From the sequence record SRR22947725_1800: 37,566 nucleotides of DNA. One strand, given 5' to 3'. Of this stretch, positions 9,567-18,382 are shown piece by piece. The first letter of the stretch is position 1; each line of letters opens with the position of its first letter. A model generated the notes under the pieces. That model made no database searches. It saw only the letters and a program-made list of their open reading frames with translations, and was not told where the DNA came from. The translations under genes and the position numbers were made by a program.

Positions 9567-10946
9567 CTAAGAATCGATCTTTATGGCAATGAACTGTGGC
9601 TGTTTCGCCCGAATGATTCGAACGGGCACGGCAACGCCGGCTGGCAGGGTCGCGATCGCGGTGTTGAATTCCGTGATGGAGTCTACCCATTGGCTGTTGA
9701 TCGTGGTGATCACATCGCCAACGTTTATGTTCCCAGATTCACCTGGGCCTTGCCCGACCGCAACCACCAATACCCCTTGCGCCGCATCCAGCGCTACTTT
9801 CTCCTCCGCTGTCATCACACGAACCTCAAGTCCCAACCGGTTCTGAGTGGGTTCTGGGCTGGCCTGCCTGGACGGAAGCCCTGCATCCTGCGCATCGAGT
9901 TCACCGACCTTGACCGACAATTTTACTGACGCGCCAGCACGTTGAACGACCAGGTGCGTCTCGGAACCCGCTTTAAACCGCCCAACAACATGCGGCAGAT
10001 CGGAGGACAGATCGATCACCCGTCCACCAAACTCAATGATAATATCCCCCTCCCGCACACCCGCTGCTGCGGCTGGACTGTCGGCGAACACCCGGGTCAC
10101 GAGCGCGCCCGCCGCACGATCCAAGCCAAAAGACTCTGCCAAGTCACGATCTACTCGTTGGATTTGGACGCCCAACCAACCCCTCGACACCGAGCCTTTC
10201 TCTTTGAGTTGCGCCACCACCTCCATCGCCACGTCAATTGGAATGGCAAAAGACAATCCCATAAAGCCACCCGACCGGGTAAAAATCTGGGAATTAATCC
10301 CAACCACTTTGCCGTCTAGATTAAACAAAGGCCCACCAGAATTGCCGGGATTAATCGCAACGTCGGTCTGAATAAATGGCACGTAGTTACCGAGATCGTC
10401 TGGCAAACTCCGTCCTTTAGCACTCACAATTCCGGCTGTCACCGACAGCTCGAAACCAAAGGGTGAACCAATAGCCATGACCCATTCACCCACTTTGAGC
10501 GATTGAGACGATCCGATCGTTACAACCGGCAAATCCACTGCATCGATTTTCAATAGCGCTAAGTCAGAAACCGGATCGGCGCCAATCAAAACAGCTTCTC
10601 GCTCCCGGCGATCGCTCAGGGCGACAATGATTTCGGTCGCATCCTGAACCACGTGGTGGTTGGTCAGCACGTACCCATCCGATGAGATCAGGAACCCGGA
10701 TCCGGTTGCAGGCCGAGGCGTCCCCCGCTGCTGATAGTCCCGAAAAAAGCGCCGTAGCATCTCCGGCACTTCTTCTTGATTGTTCTCCAGCAAAGCAGGA
10801 TCTTTTCGAGTTGCCGTAATGTTCACAACAGCGGGCGACGCATCCGTTACCAAACTTGTGAAATCAGGCAAATTGTTTCGCGCGAGACCATCGAGGCTGA
10901 GGGTACCCAGCAGAACAAAAAGACTGCCTAAAATAATTCTTTTCAT
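9567..10946 (-). CDS. mucD: DegP/HtrA-family periplasmic serine protease (MucD-like) with two PDZ domains
   Basis: Signal peptide MKRIILGSLFVLL, LTNHHVV, SDLALLK, INPGNSGGPL and two PDZ domains. Start ATG 10946 overlaps the rseC stop (ATGA). Confidence 0.9.
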   Translation of the reverse strand: MKRIILGSLFVLLGTLSLDGLARNNLPDFTSLVTDASPAVVNITATRKDPALLENNQEEVPEMLRRFFRDYQQRGTPRPATGSGFLISSDGYVLTNHHVVQDATEIIVALSDRREREAVLIGADPVSDLALLKIDAVDLPVVTIGSSQSLKVGEWVMAIGSPFGFELSVTAGIVSAKGRSLPDDLGNYVPFIQTDVAINPGNSGGPLFNLDGKVVGINSQIFTRSGGFMGLSFAIPIDVAMEVVAQLKEKGSVSRGWLGVQIQRVDRDLAESFGLDRAAGALVTRVFADSPAAAAGVREGDIIIEFGGRVIDLSSDLPHVVGRFKAGSETHLVVQRAGASVKLSVKVGELDAQDAGLPSRQASPEPTQNRLGLEVRVMTAEEKVALDAAQGVLVVAVGQGPGESGNINVGDVITTINSQWVDSITEFNTAIATLPAGVAVPVRIIRAKQPQFIAIKIDS

Positions 10947-11335
10947 GACGAACACGACGTCTCCTCTCTGCTGCGAATATGGATTAATGATTGCGCATAG
11001 GCTCGGCAACTCAATCGTCCGATGCCCAATCCCAAGATAGCCAGCCCAAATTGCAGCCCTTCATGCAAGCCCCAAAAATGTCCGAGCCCAGCGCCGAGGA
11101 GCAGTCCCATTAAGGGTAACCCTAGAGAATTTGCCAATAACAACCCAAAGTCTAAGGCTTCGATATCAACACCGATGGGACCTTCGTTGAGGGCGGTGTC
11201 GACCGGGATGCGATGTGTTTTCGCTCGGCAGCCTGCTTTTTGACAACCGGCGCAAGATCGCCCACTTGCGACCTCGGCGATGCGGATATTGTTTTCATCG
11301 ATAATCAGATGTGCGGGCACTGTCAACATTGACAT
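10943..11335 (-). CDS. rseC: RseC/MucC family protein
   Basis: Cys cluster CAGCQKAGC plus two TM helices, between rseB and mucD. Start uncertain (11335, 11329 or TTG 11401). Confidence 0.75.
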   Translation of the reverse strand: MSMLTVPAHLIIDENNIRIAEVASGRSCAGCQKAGCRAKTHRIPVDTALNEGPIGVDIEALDFGLLLANSLGLPLMGLLLGAGLGHFWGLHEGLQFGLAILGLGIGRLSCRAYAQSLIHIRSREETSCSS

Positions 11336-11397
11336 AAAGATCCCATGCCTTGGTTGTTGCTTGGTTTCAAACCCATGGGCTCTGTTACGGTCAACCT

Positions 11398-12417
11398 TCA
11401 ATATAAGATTGGTTCCACAGATTCGGCAAGTCTTTGGGCCGTCGTAACGGGTAAGCCGCCAATAATCGTCACCTGGCCTTTGCTTTGACCCAACGCGCGG
11501 GTCACGATCGTTCGCCCTTCAACTTCAGTAGCAAGATTCGGTAGCCCGCGCTGGGCCTCAAGAAAGACCGAGAAGGTCACGATACCATCGCTAAAATGTA
11601 ACCGATTGCCGGACTGACGCACGACCTTAAAACCGTCAGGCAACCACTTCACTTTGAAACTGGGCTTGGTGTTTTGATCAATAAAATCATCTGCTAAGCG
11701 ATGGCTCACTGTTTGATCGGGATCAATCGCAGTCATCAATAATTGCGTATCCGGCATAAAATCGATGTCAGAGAACGCAAAGACCTCTTTAACGCGACCC
11801 CGCTCGACTAAATGAGACTGAAGCAATAATCCAGTTTGGTAATCAAGCCAAAGCAGGTAACCAAATCGATCTGCATTGACCGGTTGAATAGACAACCTGA
11901 TTGCGCGCCGATCGGCGATACGGTCCTCACCATGCAGCGCGGTATGATAAAAATGGCTGGACTCACTGATCAAGGCCGTAAACGATTGGCTAAAGGGCCC
12001 GAGTAGCACGTGATGCCGAAGATCACCAGGATCGTTGATATCGTGATAACAAATAATCTCATCTTGCCAGCGCCGGATATCAATCTTTTGCCCGTTAAGC
12101 TTCAGAATTGACTCTCGAACCGTGTCTCCGGAGGCATCATGAACGATCCGCATTGTGTTGAATTCTTTGCCTCGAATATAGGTAAACGTTCCAGCGTAGG
12201 TTTCCTCACTAAACGCCAAGGCCATTTTCTCTAACCAATACTCGGGGCTTGCAACGTTCAGATGTTGAGTACCGTCAGTTTTTTTATTTTCAATCTGCTC
12301 TTCAGACTTTTGAACATCAATCGCTGATGGTTCCGCCAGTGTTGAGCAGACGAAAACAGTGGTCGCAATACCCAACCCTAAATTCGACAAAAACCGATTG
12401 AAAACAAGCGTTACCAT
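11398..12417 (-). CDS. rseB: sigma-E negative regulator RseB/MucB
   Basis: WLEKM..A....Y.GTF.Y, DRIADR, D.DRFGYLLWLD..TGLLL, WLPDGF, FSDGIVTFSVFLE. Confidence 0.88.
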   Translation of the reverse strand: MVTLVFNRFLSNLGLGIATTVFVCSTLAEPSAIDVQKSEEQIENKKTDGTQHLNVASPEYWLEKMALAFSEETYAGTFTYIRGKEFNTMRIVHDASGDTVRESILKLNGQKIDIRRWQDEIICYHDINDPGDLRHHVLLGPFSQSFTALISESSHFYHTALHGEDRIADRRAIRLSIQPVNADRFGYLLWLDYQTGLLLQSHLVERGRVKEVFAFSDIDFMPDTQLLMTAIDPDQTVSHRLADDFIDQNTKPSFKVKWLPDGFKVVRQSGNRLHFSDGIVTFSVFLEAQRGLPNLATEVEGRTIVTRALGQSKGQVTIIGGLPVTTAQRLAESVEPILY

Positions 12418-12435
12418 CTCGAACGACCTTACGGG

Positions 12436-13044
12436 TTAATTTGAAGAAGTAGACGAAGGATAATTGACAAAGACCTGTCTGGAACCCAATTGCGATAATT
12501 CATCATGCTGCTTCAGATAAGCCCGTAACTGCGCGCGCCCGACCTCATCTAAAGCTTTTAGATCCGGATTGGCGCGCATCTCGTCAAACGCAACCTCACT
12601 TGTATCCGTTGTATTGAACGCGGCCAACGCCACGCTTTGACGCGGATCAACCGGCGCCTGAACCGCCACCTGGCTAGGCCCAAGCGTTGGCGCCGGCACT
12701 TGCAGGCTTGGCACGATAAAAGCCGCAAGCGCAACAATCAGAACAGACGCTGCAAGCCCATAGATCCAGGGACGACCCAAGGAAAACGTGTTCGTCTCAG
12801 GGACCGCAAGTCCGTCCGTCTCAGCAGCTACCTCGGCTTGAATTCGACGGAACAGCGCTTGCTGCTCTGACAGATCCACGTCAACCGCTTGCCCCCCTCG
12901 GAGCACACGCCCGATCAACTGCCAACGCTGAACGGTTTCGATCGCTATTGCTGGATCATGATCCCGAAGAAACCGACGCTCTTCGAGTGATTCTGACTCG
13001 CCATCGATCAAGGCCGAAAGGGTTGCTTTTTCATCACCATTCAT
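12436..13044 (-). CDS. rseA: anti-sigma-E factor RseA/MucA
   Basis: LSALIDGE, RWQLIGRVLR, TM segment GLAASVLIVAL, C-terminal AYLKQH. Confidence 0.88.
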   Translation of the reverse strand: MNGDEKATLSALIDGESESLEERRFLRDHDPAIAIETVQRWQLIGRVLRGGQAVDVDLSEQQALFRRIQAEVAAETDGLAVPETNTFSLGRPWIYGLAASVLIVALAAFIVPSLQVPAPTLGPSQVAVQAPVDPRQSVALAAFNTTDTSEVAFDEMRANPDLKALDEVGRAQLRAYLKQHDELSQLGSRQVFVNYPSSTSSN

Positions 13045-13078
13045 AAAAAAACCTTCATTGTCACTAATGCGCTTAGCG

Positions 13079-13162
13079 GCTCTTTTCTAACTGCTCTTTT
13101 CTAACCGCTCTTTTCTAACTGCTCTCTTCTGTTCACTTTTTTCTGAACACGCTCTTCTGACC
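13079..13162. repeat. 14-bp tandem repeat: 3 near-identical and 3 degenerate copies
   Basis: GCTCTTTTCTAACT / GCTCTTTTCTAACC / GCTCTTTTCTAACT / GCTCTCTTCTGTTC / ACTTTTTTCTGAAC / ACGCTCTTCTGACC. Confidence 0.9.
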
Positions 13163-13220
13163 GCGGCCCGAACCTTACGCGTTGTCTCCGCGTTCGTTTT
13201 CGCCGCATTTTAGATACGCG

Positions 13221-13796
13221 TTAACCCATCTGAGCAATTTTTTTCTCGATCGTTTCCCGGGCTCTGAAGATTCTTGACCGCACGGTACCAACCGGGCAAG
13301 CCATTATTTCAGCGATTTCTTCATAACTTAACCCATCAAACTCCCGTAGCATCAGGGCCGTTCTTAAATCCTCCTGCAGATCATCCACCGCAGCTAATAT
13401 GACAGACTGCAATTGATCCCGCGCCAGCAACGTTTCGGGCTGATCCTCAGCTTCTAAGACAACTGAATTCTCGGAAAATTCCCCGTCGTTAATGTCTTTA
13501 TCCGTATTCGGCGGCCGTCGAGACTTGGCAACGAGATGGTTTTTTGCCGTATTGATCGCGATTCGATAGAGCCAAGTATAAAACTGCGCGTCCCCTCGGA
13601 AATTCGCCAGAGCCCGGTAGGCTTTGATAAAAGCCTCTTGCGTCACGTCAGCGACTTCATCCTGATCTCGAAGATAGCGTGAGACAATGCTCGCAATTCG
13701 TTGCTGGTACTTTAAAACCAACACGTCAAAGGCACGTTTGTCCCCTTGCTGGGATCTTACAACCAGCCGCTGATCAGATTCGTGCTCAGATTTCAA
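13221..13796 (-). CDS. rpoE: RNA polymerase sigma-E factor (RpoE/AlgU)
   Basis: DQRLVVRSQQGDKRAFDVLVLKYQ, FYTWLYRIAINTAKNHLV, CPVGTVRSRIFRARE; TTG start. Confidence 0.96.
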   Translation of the reverse strand: MKSEHESDQRLVVRSQQGDKRAFDVLVLKYQQRIASIVSRYLRDQDEVADVTQEAFIKAYRALANFRGDAQFYTWLYRIAINTAKNHLVAKSRRPPNTDKDINDGEFSENSVVLEAEDQPETLLARDQLQSVILAAVDDLQEDLRTALMLREFDGLSYEEIAEIMACPVGTVRSRIFRARETIEKKIAQMG

Positions 13797-13835
13797 AACA
13801 AACCCTATTCCTTACCGCGACGCTTAAGTCACTCT

Positions 13836-13862
13836 TTTGACCACGCGTTTCAATCTAGGTTC
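13836..13862 (-). promoter_or_regulatory. sigma-E-dependent autoregulatory promoter of rpoE
   Basis: Minus strand GAACCT-16 nt-TCAAA, matching the sigma-E consensus GAACTT-N16-TCAAA, about 40 nt upstream of the rpoE start. Confidence 0.75.
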
Positions 13863-13970
13863 GCGATTTACCGTATTTTACACAATCCATTGCGCGAATT
13901 GATAATATCTAGCATCCGCGGCCTGGCTGCGGCTCCACTGACTTTCCCTTCAATCAACAGGACTTTCTCA

Positions 13971-15584
13971 GTGCTCAAGCCTAAACCAGAACATTTTGAC
14001 GTTATCATCATTGGCAGCGGCGCCGCCGGCATGACGTTAGCGCTGCATTTACCTGATGACTACCGCATCGCAATGCTTTGCAAAGAGGCGCCGCTTGAGG
14101 GTTCTAGCTACTACGCCCAAGGCGGTGTTGCGGCGGTGCTCGATGAGTACGATAGCATTGCCGCACACATTGACGATACGCTCGTTGCAGGAGACGGTCT
14201 ATGTAATCCCGATACCGTGGCCTTCGTGGTCGAGCAAAGTCCAGGCATCATCGATTGGCTCGTAACACTTGGCGTGAACTTTGACACCCGCATTAGCAAT
14301 AGTGGTCGTTCAGAGTTTCACTTAACCCAGGAAGGTGGACACACCCACCGCCGAGTAATCCACGCAGCAGATGCCACCGGCAAAGAGATCACCGAACGAC
14401 TCGCTGAGGCGCTGAGTGAACGCAAAGGCGTTGAATTCTTGACCGATCACATTGCGATTGATCTGATTACCAGTGATCAATTGGCCGAATCGTCAAAATA
14501 TTGCTGTGGCGTTCACACCTTGAACCTAAAGACCACCGAGACGCAGACCCTGTCCTGTCAAAACTTGGTCCTGGCAACCGGTGGCGCCAGCAAAGTTTAT
14601 TTGTATACCAGCAACCCTGACACGGCATCCGGAGATGGCATCGCGATGGCTTGGCGCGCGGGCTGCCGAGTCGCAAACCTTGAGTTCAATCAATTCCACC
14701 CCACCTGTCTTTACCACCCGACCGCCAAGTCGTTTTTAATCTCAGAAGCACTTCGGGGGGAAGGCGCAAGGCTTCTACTCCCGGACGGCACGCCTTTTAT
14801 GGAGCACTTTGATCCGCGAGGGGAACTTGCGTCTCGGGACATTGTGGCCCGCGCCATCGATTTTGAAATGAAACGTTTGGGCTGTGATTTTGTGCTGCTC
14901 GACATCAGTCATAAAGAGGATGATTTGATTCGATCGCACTTTCCGAATATCTACGAGCGATGTCTTAGCCATGGCTTTGATTTAACCCAAGCACCGATTC
15001 CAATTGTGCCCGCAGCGCACTACACTTGCGGGGGCGTCGTCACCGATCTCAGCGGGCGAACCGATATTGAAAACCTCTATGCCATTGGCGAGGTCAGCTA
15101 TACCGGGTTGCATGGCGCTAATAGAATGGCCAGCAACTCCTTGCTCGAATGCATGGTCTTTGGCCGCGCAGCCGCGGAATCTATCCGAAAAACACCTAAA
15201 CAAAAGCATCCGGTCAATCCCATTCCACGCTGGGATGACAGCCAGGTCTCGCGGTCTCGGGAGGACGTCATCCTCGCCCATAACTGGGAAGAGCTTCGAC
15301 GACTCATGTGGGATTATGTTGGGATCGTTCGATCTGATCGAAGGCTCTTACGGGCCCAGCGACGCATCCAATTATTACAACAAGAGATCAACGACTATTA
15401 CGCGCATCACACCGTCAATCGAGATTTACTTGAGCTTCGCAATCTCGCCCAGGTCGCTGAATTAATTGTTCGCTCCGCCTTGAGCCGAAAGGAAAGCCGC
15501 GGTCTGCATTACAACCTTGATCACCCGAATCAAAGCAGTAACGCCACTGAGACCATTCTGATGCCAACGAATTACTTCGGATAA
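13971..15584 (+). CDS. nadB: L-aspartate oxidase
   Basis: FAD motif IIGSGAAG, YAQGGVAAV, EGGHTHRRVIH, QFHPT, HYTCGG, GLHGANRMASNSLLE, ESRGLHY. Start GTG 13971 behind CAGGA; divergent from rpoE as is usual. Confidence 0.96.
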   Translation: MLKPKPEHFDVIIIGSGAAGMTLALHLPDDYRIAMLCKEAPLEGSSYYAQGGVAAVLDEYDSIAAHIDDTLVAGDGLCNPDTVAFVVEQSPGIIDWLVTLGVNFDTRISNSGRSEFHLTQEGGHTHRRVIHAADATGKEITERLAEALSERKGVEFLTDHIAIDLITSDQLAESSKYCCGVHTLNLKTTETQTLSCQNLVLATGGASKVYLYTSNPDTASGDGIAMAWRAGCRVANLEFNQFHPTCLYHPTAKSFLISEALRGEGARLLLPDGTPFMEHFDPRGELASRDIVARAIDFEMKRLGCDFVLLDISHKEDDLIRSHFPNIYERCLSHGFDLTQAPIPIVPAAHYTCGGVVTDLSGRTDIENLYAIGEVSYTGLHGANRMASNSLLECMVFGRAAAESIRKTPKQKHPVNPIPRWDDSQVSRSREDVILAHNWEELRRLMWDYVGIVRSDRRLLRAQRRIQLLQQEINDYYAHHTVNRDLLELRNLAQVAELIVRSALSRKESRGLHYNLDHPNQSSNATETILMPTNYFG

Positions 15585-15991
15585 AACCGCAACCAAACGC
15601 TCGCGCGACGGTACGCGCTTGGATCGGTAACTGCCTTCAAAACCGGCGCCGCGTACGGCCTGGCAGAAACCGTGTTTAACCGCACTAAAAACCCAACTGG
15701 GAGCATGACTGGGCACTCGAGTGTACACGCTTCCACAGAGCCATCTTTGTATCGAACGCAGTAACCCTGACCGCCAAAATAAACACCGGTAATCGACGGC
15801 CCTCGCCCCCCCGCGCACCCTATTTCAGCGACTTGCACCATAAAAAGGGTCAGCCAAACGCCCACCACCCAAGACTGTGATAGATCGATCATAGGCAACA
15901 CCATGACGGTTGCGAGCAAGCCGCTCACCGAAGCCCAAGGCTGCCATTGGTCATGATTGAATTGCAGGTCAAACACAAAGCCGTGACCCAC
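15572..15991 (-). CDS. probable YgfX-like membrane protein
   Basis: Two hydrophobic helices and C-terminal D...YRRASVWLRF; lies downstream of sdhE as ygfX does. Start uncertain. Confidence 0.55.
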   Translation of the reverse strand: MGHGFVFDLQFNHDQWQPWASVSGLLATVMVLPMIDLSQSWVVGVWLTLFMVQVAEIGCAGGRGPSITGVYFGGQGYCVRYKDGSVEACTLECPVMLPVGFLVRLNTVSARPYAAPVLKAVTDPSAYRRASVWLRFYPK

Positions 15992-16032
15992 TTTCGGGTC
16001 TCGTTGGGACGCAGTTTCAAAACCGGGGCCTT

Positions 16033-16287
16033 TCAGGGCTGCAGGCGCCCTAACATCACCGTGACCAAATCAAGATACTCCGGATCTTGAGGCGTCGCAC
16101 GCTCGCTGAACCATTCCCAAAGCTCAGGATCCTCTTCCGTTAACAGGCGGACAAAAGCGTTTTGTCTGGTTTCCGATAAAAAGGGGAAAACGTCATCAAA
16201 AAAAGGAATAAATAGAATATCAAGCTCCGCCATCCCCCGCCTGGACCGCCATCGGATTCTGTTCAGCTCTGCTGGTGTACGCAACAT
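16033..16287 (-). CDS. sdhE: succinate dehydrogenase FAD assembly factor
   Basis: RIRWRSRRGMAELD (RGxxE motif), LLTEEDPELWEWF; SD AAGGAG. Confidence 0.92.
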   Translation of the reverse strand: MLRTPAELNRIRWRSRRGMAELDILFIPFFDDVFPFLSETRQNAFVRLLTEEDPELWEWFSERATPQDPEYLDLVTVMLGRLQP

Positions 16288-16583
16288 TTATCCACTCCTT
16301 GTTTAATCCAGTGCCGGAATCGCTTTACAACCTAAAAGCCATGCTGCCGTCATCACAGGACGCCTGGCAGCACAGCGGCCCTCTACCCGCATTTCGATCT
16401 CATGCGTTTTCAGCTGGCGCTTTCACTCCCGCGATAAGGACCCCTTTTGAGGGCTGTGCTTTGCGCGCCCACTCACCAAAAGTTTTGACAAACCTTCGGT
16501 TTACTCTAATCTACGATCTTTTGCTGGCCCAGTTCATACCCAGGTTGATATTGCGACCCAGGTAGACGCACTCGCCGCGCTTG

Positions 16584-17420
16584 ATGCCTCAATTTGATGA
16601 CCATTTTATGACTGTAACCGCCCTCACAGACCCCGGTATTCTTGAAATCAGAGGCCGTGACGCCGTCAAATTTTTACAAGGGTATTGTACCTGCGATCTG
16701 TTGACGTTAACCGAAAACCAGGCCCTTTACGGCGCCATCACCAACATCCAAGGGCGGGTTGAAACCACATTCGTTGCAATCCTTGATACGGCCCATGTGC
16801 TCACGCCGTTGGATGAGCCCAGCATCTTGCTACGAATGTCGCGTACTTGCCTGCCCTATATTCAAGAATTCCTTGCCAAATATGCCGTATTTTCGAAAGT
16901 AACCTTGATCGATCGCTCTCAAGACATTGCTTGCTTTGGCTGCGATGAGGCTGTGTCCGCACCCTCGGGTCTGGTTGTCAGAATTCCGCAGAGACCGACG
17001 GCCTATGAATTCTGGTCACGCACAGCCATTCAAGCCACATCTAACCTTGAAACTTGGAAGGCCCTGGAGATCCAAGCGGGCCTTGCGTGGTTAGATCAGC
17101 CGCAAGCCGGAAAATATCAACCCTTCGAGCTGGGCATGGCGGATAACGCCAGCATCGATTTTCAGAAAGGGTGTTACCTTGGCCAAGAAATCATTGCGCG
17201 CGTTCACTACCGCGGTAAAACGAAAACTGTTTTTCGGGTTGGCTCAGCAGAAGGCGCCTGTCGACCCGGTGACCCGATCTACGCAGGCGCCAAACCCTGC
17301 GGTGAAGTCATCAACAGCGCCGCCGCGGGCGCGACCACCGCATGTAGCGTGATCATTCAAACCGATGTCTTGACCCAGTCCTTGACCATTCACTCAAGGC
17401 CCTTCGTCTTACAACCTTAA
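16584..17420 (+). CDS. ygfZ: folate-binding Fe-S cluster/tRNA-modification protein YgfZ
   Basis: GRDAVKFLQG, signature DFQKGCYLGQEIIAR; divergent from sdhE. Confidence 0.9.
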   Translation: MPQFDDHFMTVTALTDPGILEIRGRDAVKFLQGYCTCDLLTLTENQALYGAITNIQGRVETTFVAILDTAHVLTPLDEPSILLRMSRTCLPYIQEFLAKYAVFSKVTLIDRSQDIACFGCDEAVSAPSGLVVRIPQRPTAYEFWSRTAIQATSNLETWKALEIQAGLAWLDQPQAGKYQPFELGMADNASIDFQKGCYLGQEIIARVHYRGKTKTVFRVGSAEGACRPGDPIYAGAKPCGEVINSAAAGATTACSVIIQTDVLTQSLTIHSRPFVLQP

Positions 17421-17701
17421 GACGTCATTGCCTCCCGCACGGATCAAAGGCATGGGGGCATTCGAACCCCCTCTGGCCTTGAGGCTTTTGCTCAAGCCAA
17501 CAACCCGCAACCGCGCCAAAAGGGCCTGAGGCGATCGCCGTGCACCCAAGGACCCATCCCTCACATGCCGTGACAGAATCAGTGACTGAATCGGTAACTG
17601 GGATCCTCGGGACAAAGCCCTTTTTTGAGCCCGTTTGTCAGACCCAACGGCGCTCGTAAAGGTGCCGCCCAATCCTTGGTGATCTTCGACCGTGACCCAT
17701 G

Positions 17702-18379
17702 TCACCAATCAATGGGCCGTTGAGCTTGAGCCATCAAGAACCGATTGCATTGTGAAAAATGGCCACAGCCCGCAAACCCGCGATAAACAGAAAGTGGCGA
17801 TGGGTGCGGCGCGGTTAAAATAAGATGGTGATCCCGCTGGACGAAACTCGCCTTACGTTGTGCCGCTTTACCCCAAAACATGAAAACAGTCGGCTCGGCC
17901 CTTGCGCCCAGATGTGCAATCACCGCATCGGTAAAGATCTCCCAACCTCGATTGTGATGAGAACCCGCGACCCCTTTCGAGACACTCAGCACTGCATTGA
18001 GCAACAACACCCCTTGCTTAACCCAGGGCATTAAATCGTGATCGGGCAAAGGCGCTTCGCGCGGGCCAAGATCGCGCTGCACCTCGGTCAGTATATTGCG
18101 CAACGAAGGCGGCGGCTTGACCGATTCCGGCACTGCAAACGCGAAACCATTGGCAAGTCCCGCACTGTGGTACGGATCTTGTCCGAGGATCACCACCTTA
18201 ACCCCTGAGGGCGGGACGGCATTTAATGCATTAAAATAGTGTTCGGGCGCCGGATAAACGGTGGTACCCGCCGCGCGGGTTGCGGCCAAAAACGCATCGA
18301 GCCCGGCAAGATGCTTCAGCATCGCCTCATTGAGCAGCAGCGAGCGCCAAGCGGGCTCAAGCAGTCGTGCTTGGATCAC
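17702..18379 (-). CDS. ung: uracil-DNA glycosylase (family 1)
   Basis: VKVVILGQDPYH, PPSLRNI, QGVLLLN, HPSPLS, FAGCGHFS, PIDW. Confidence 0.96.
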   Translation of the reverse strand: MIQARLLEPAWRSLLLNEAMLKHLAGLDAFLAATRAAGTTVYPAPEHYFNALNAVPPSGVKVVILGQDPYHSAGLANGFAFAVPESVKPPPSLRNILTEVQRDLGPREAPLPDHDLMPWVKQGVLLLNAVLSVSKGVAGSHHNRGWEIFTDAVIAHLGARAEPTVFMFWGKAAQRKASFVQRDHHLILTAPHPSPLSVYRGFAGCGHFSQCNRFLMAQAQRPIDW

Positions 18380-18382
18380 AGC

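Noticed and set aside
13746..13970. 75-aa N-terminal extension of NadB in the ORF track
   Set aside because: It overlaps the rpoE start and promoter; the FAD-binding fold begins just after GTG 13971, which has an SD.
17409..17708. 99-aa ORF spanning the ygfZ-ung spacer
   Set aside because: No RBS or motif, overlaps both neighbours, and the composition looks non-coding.
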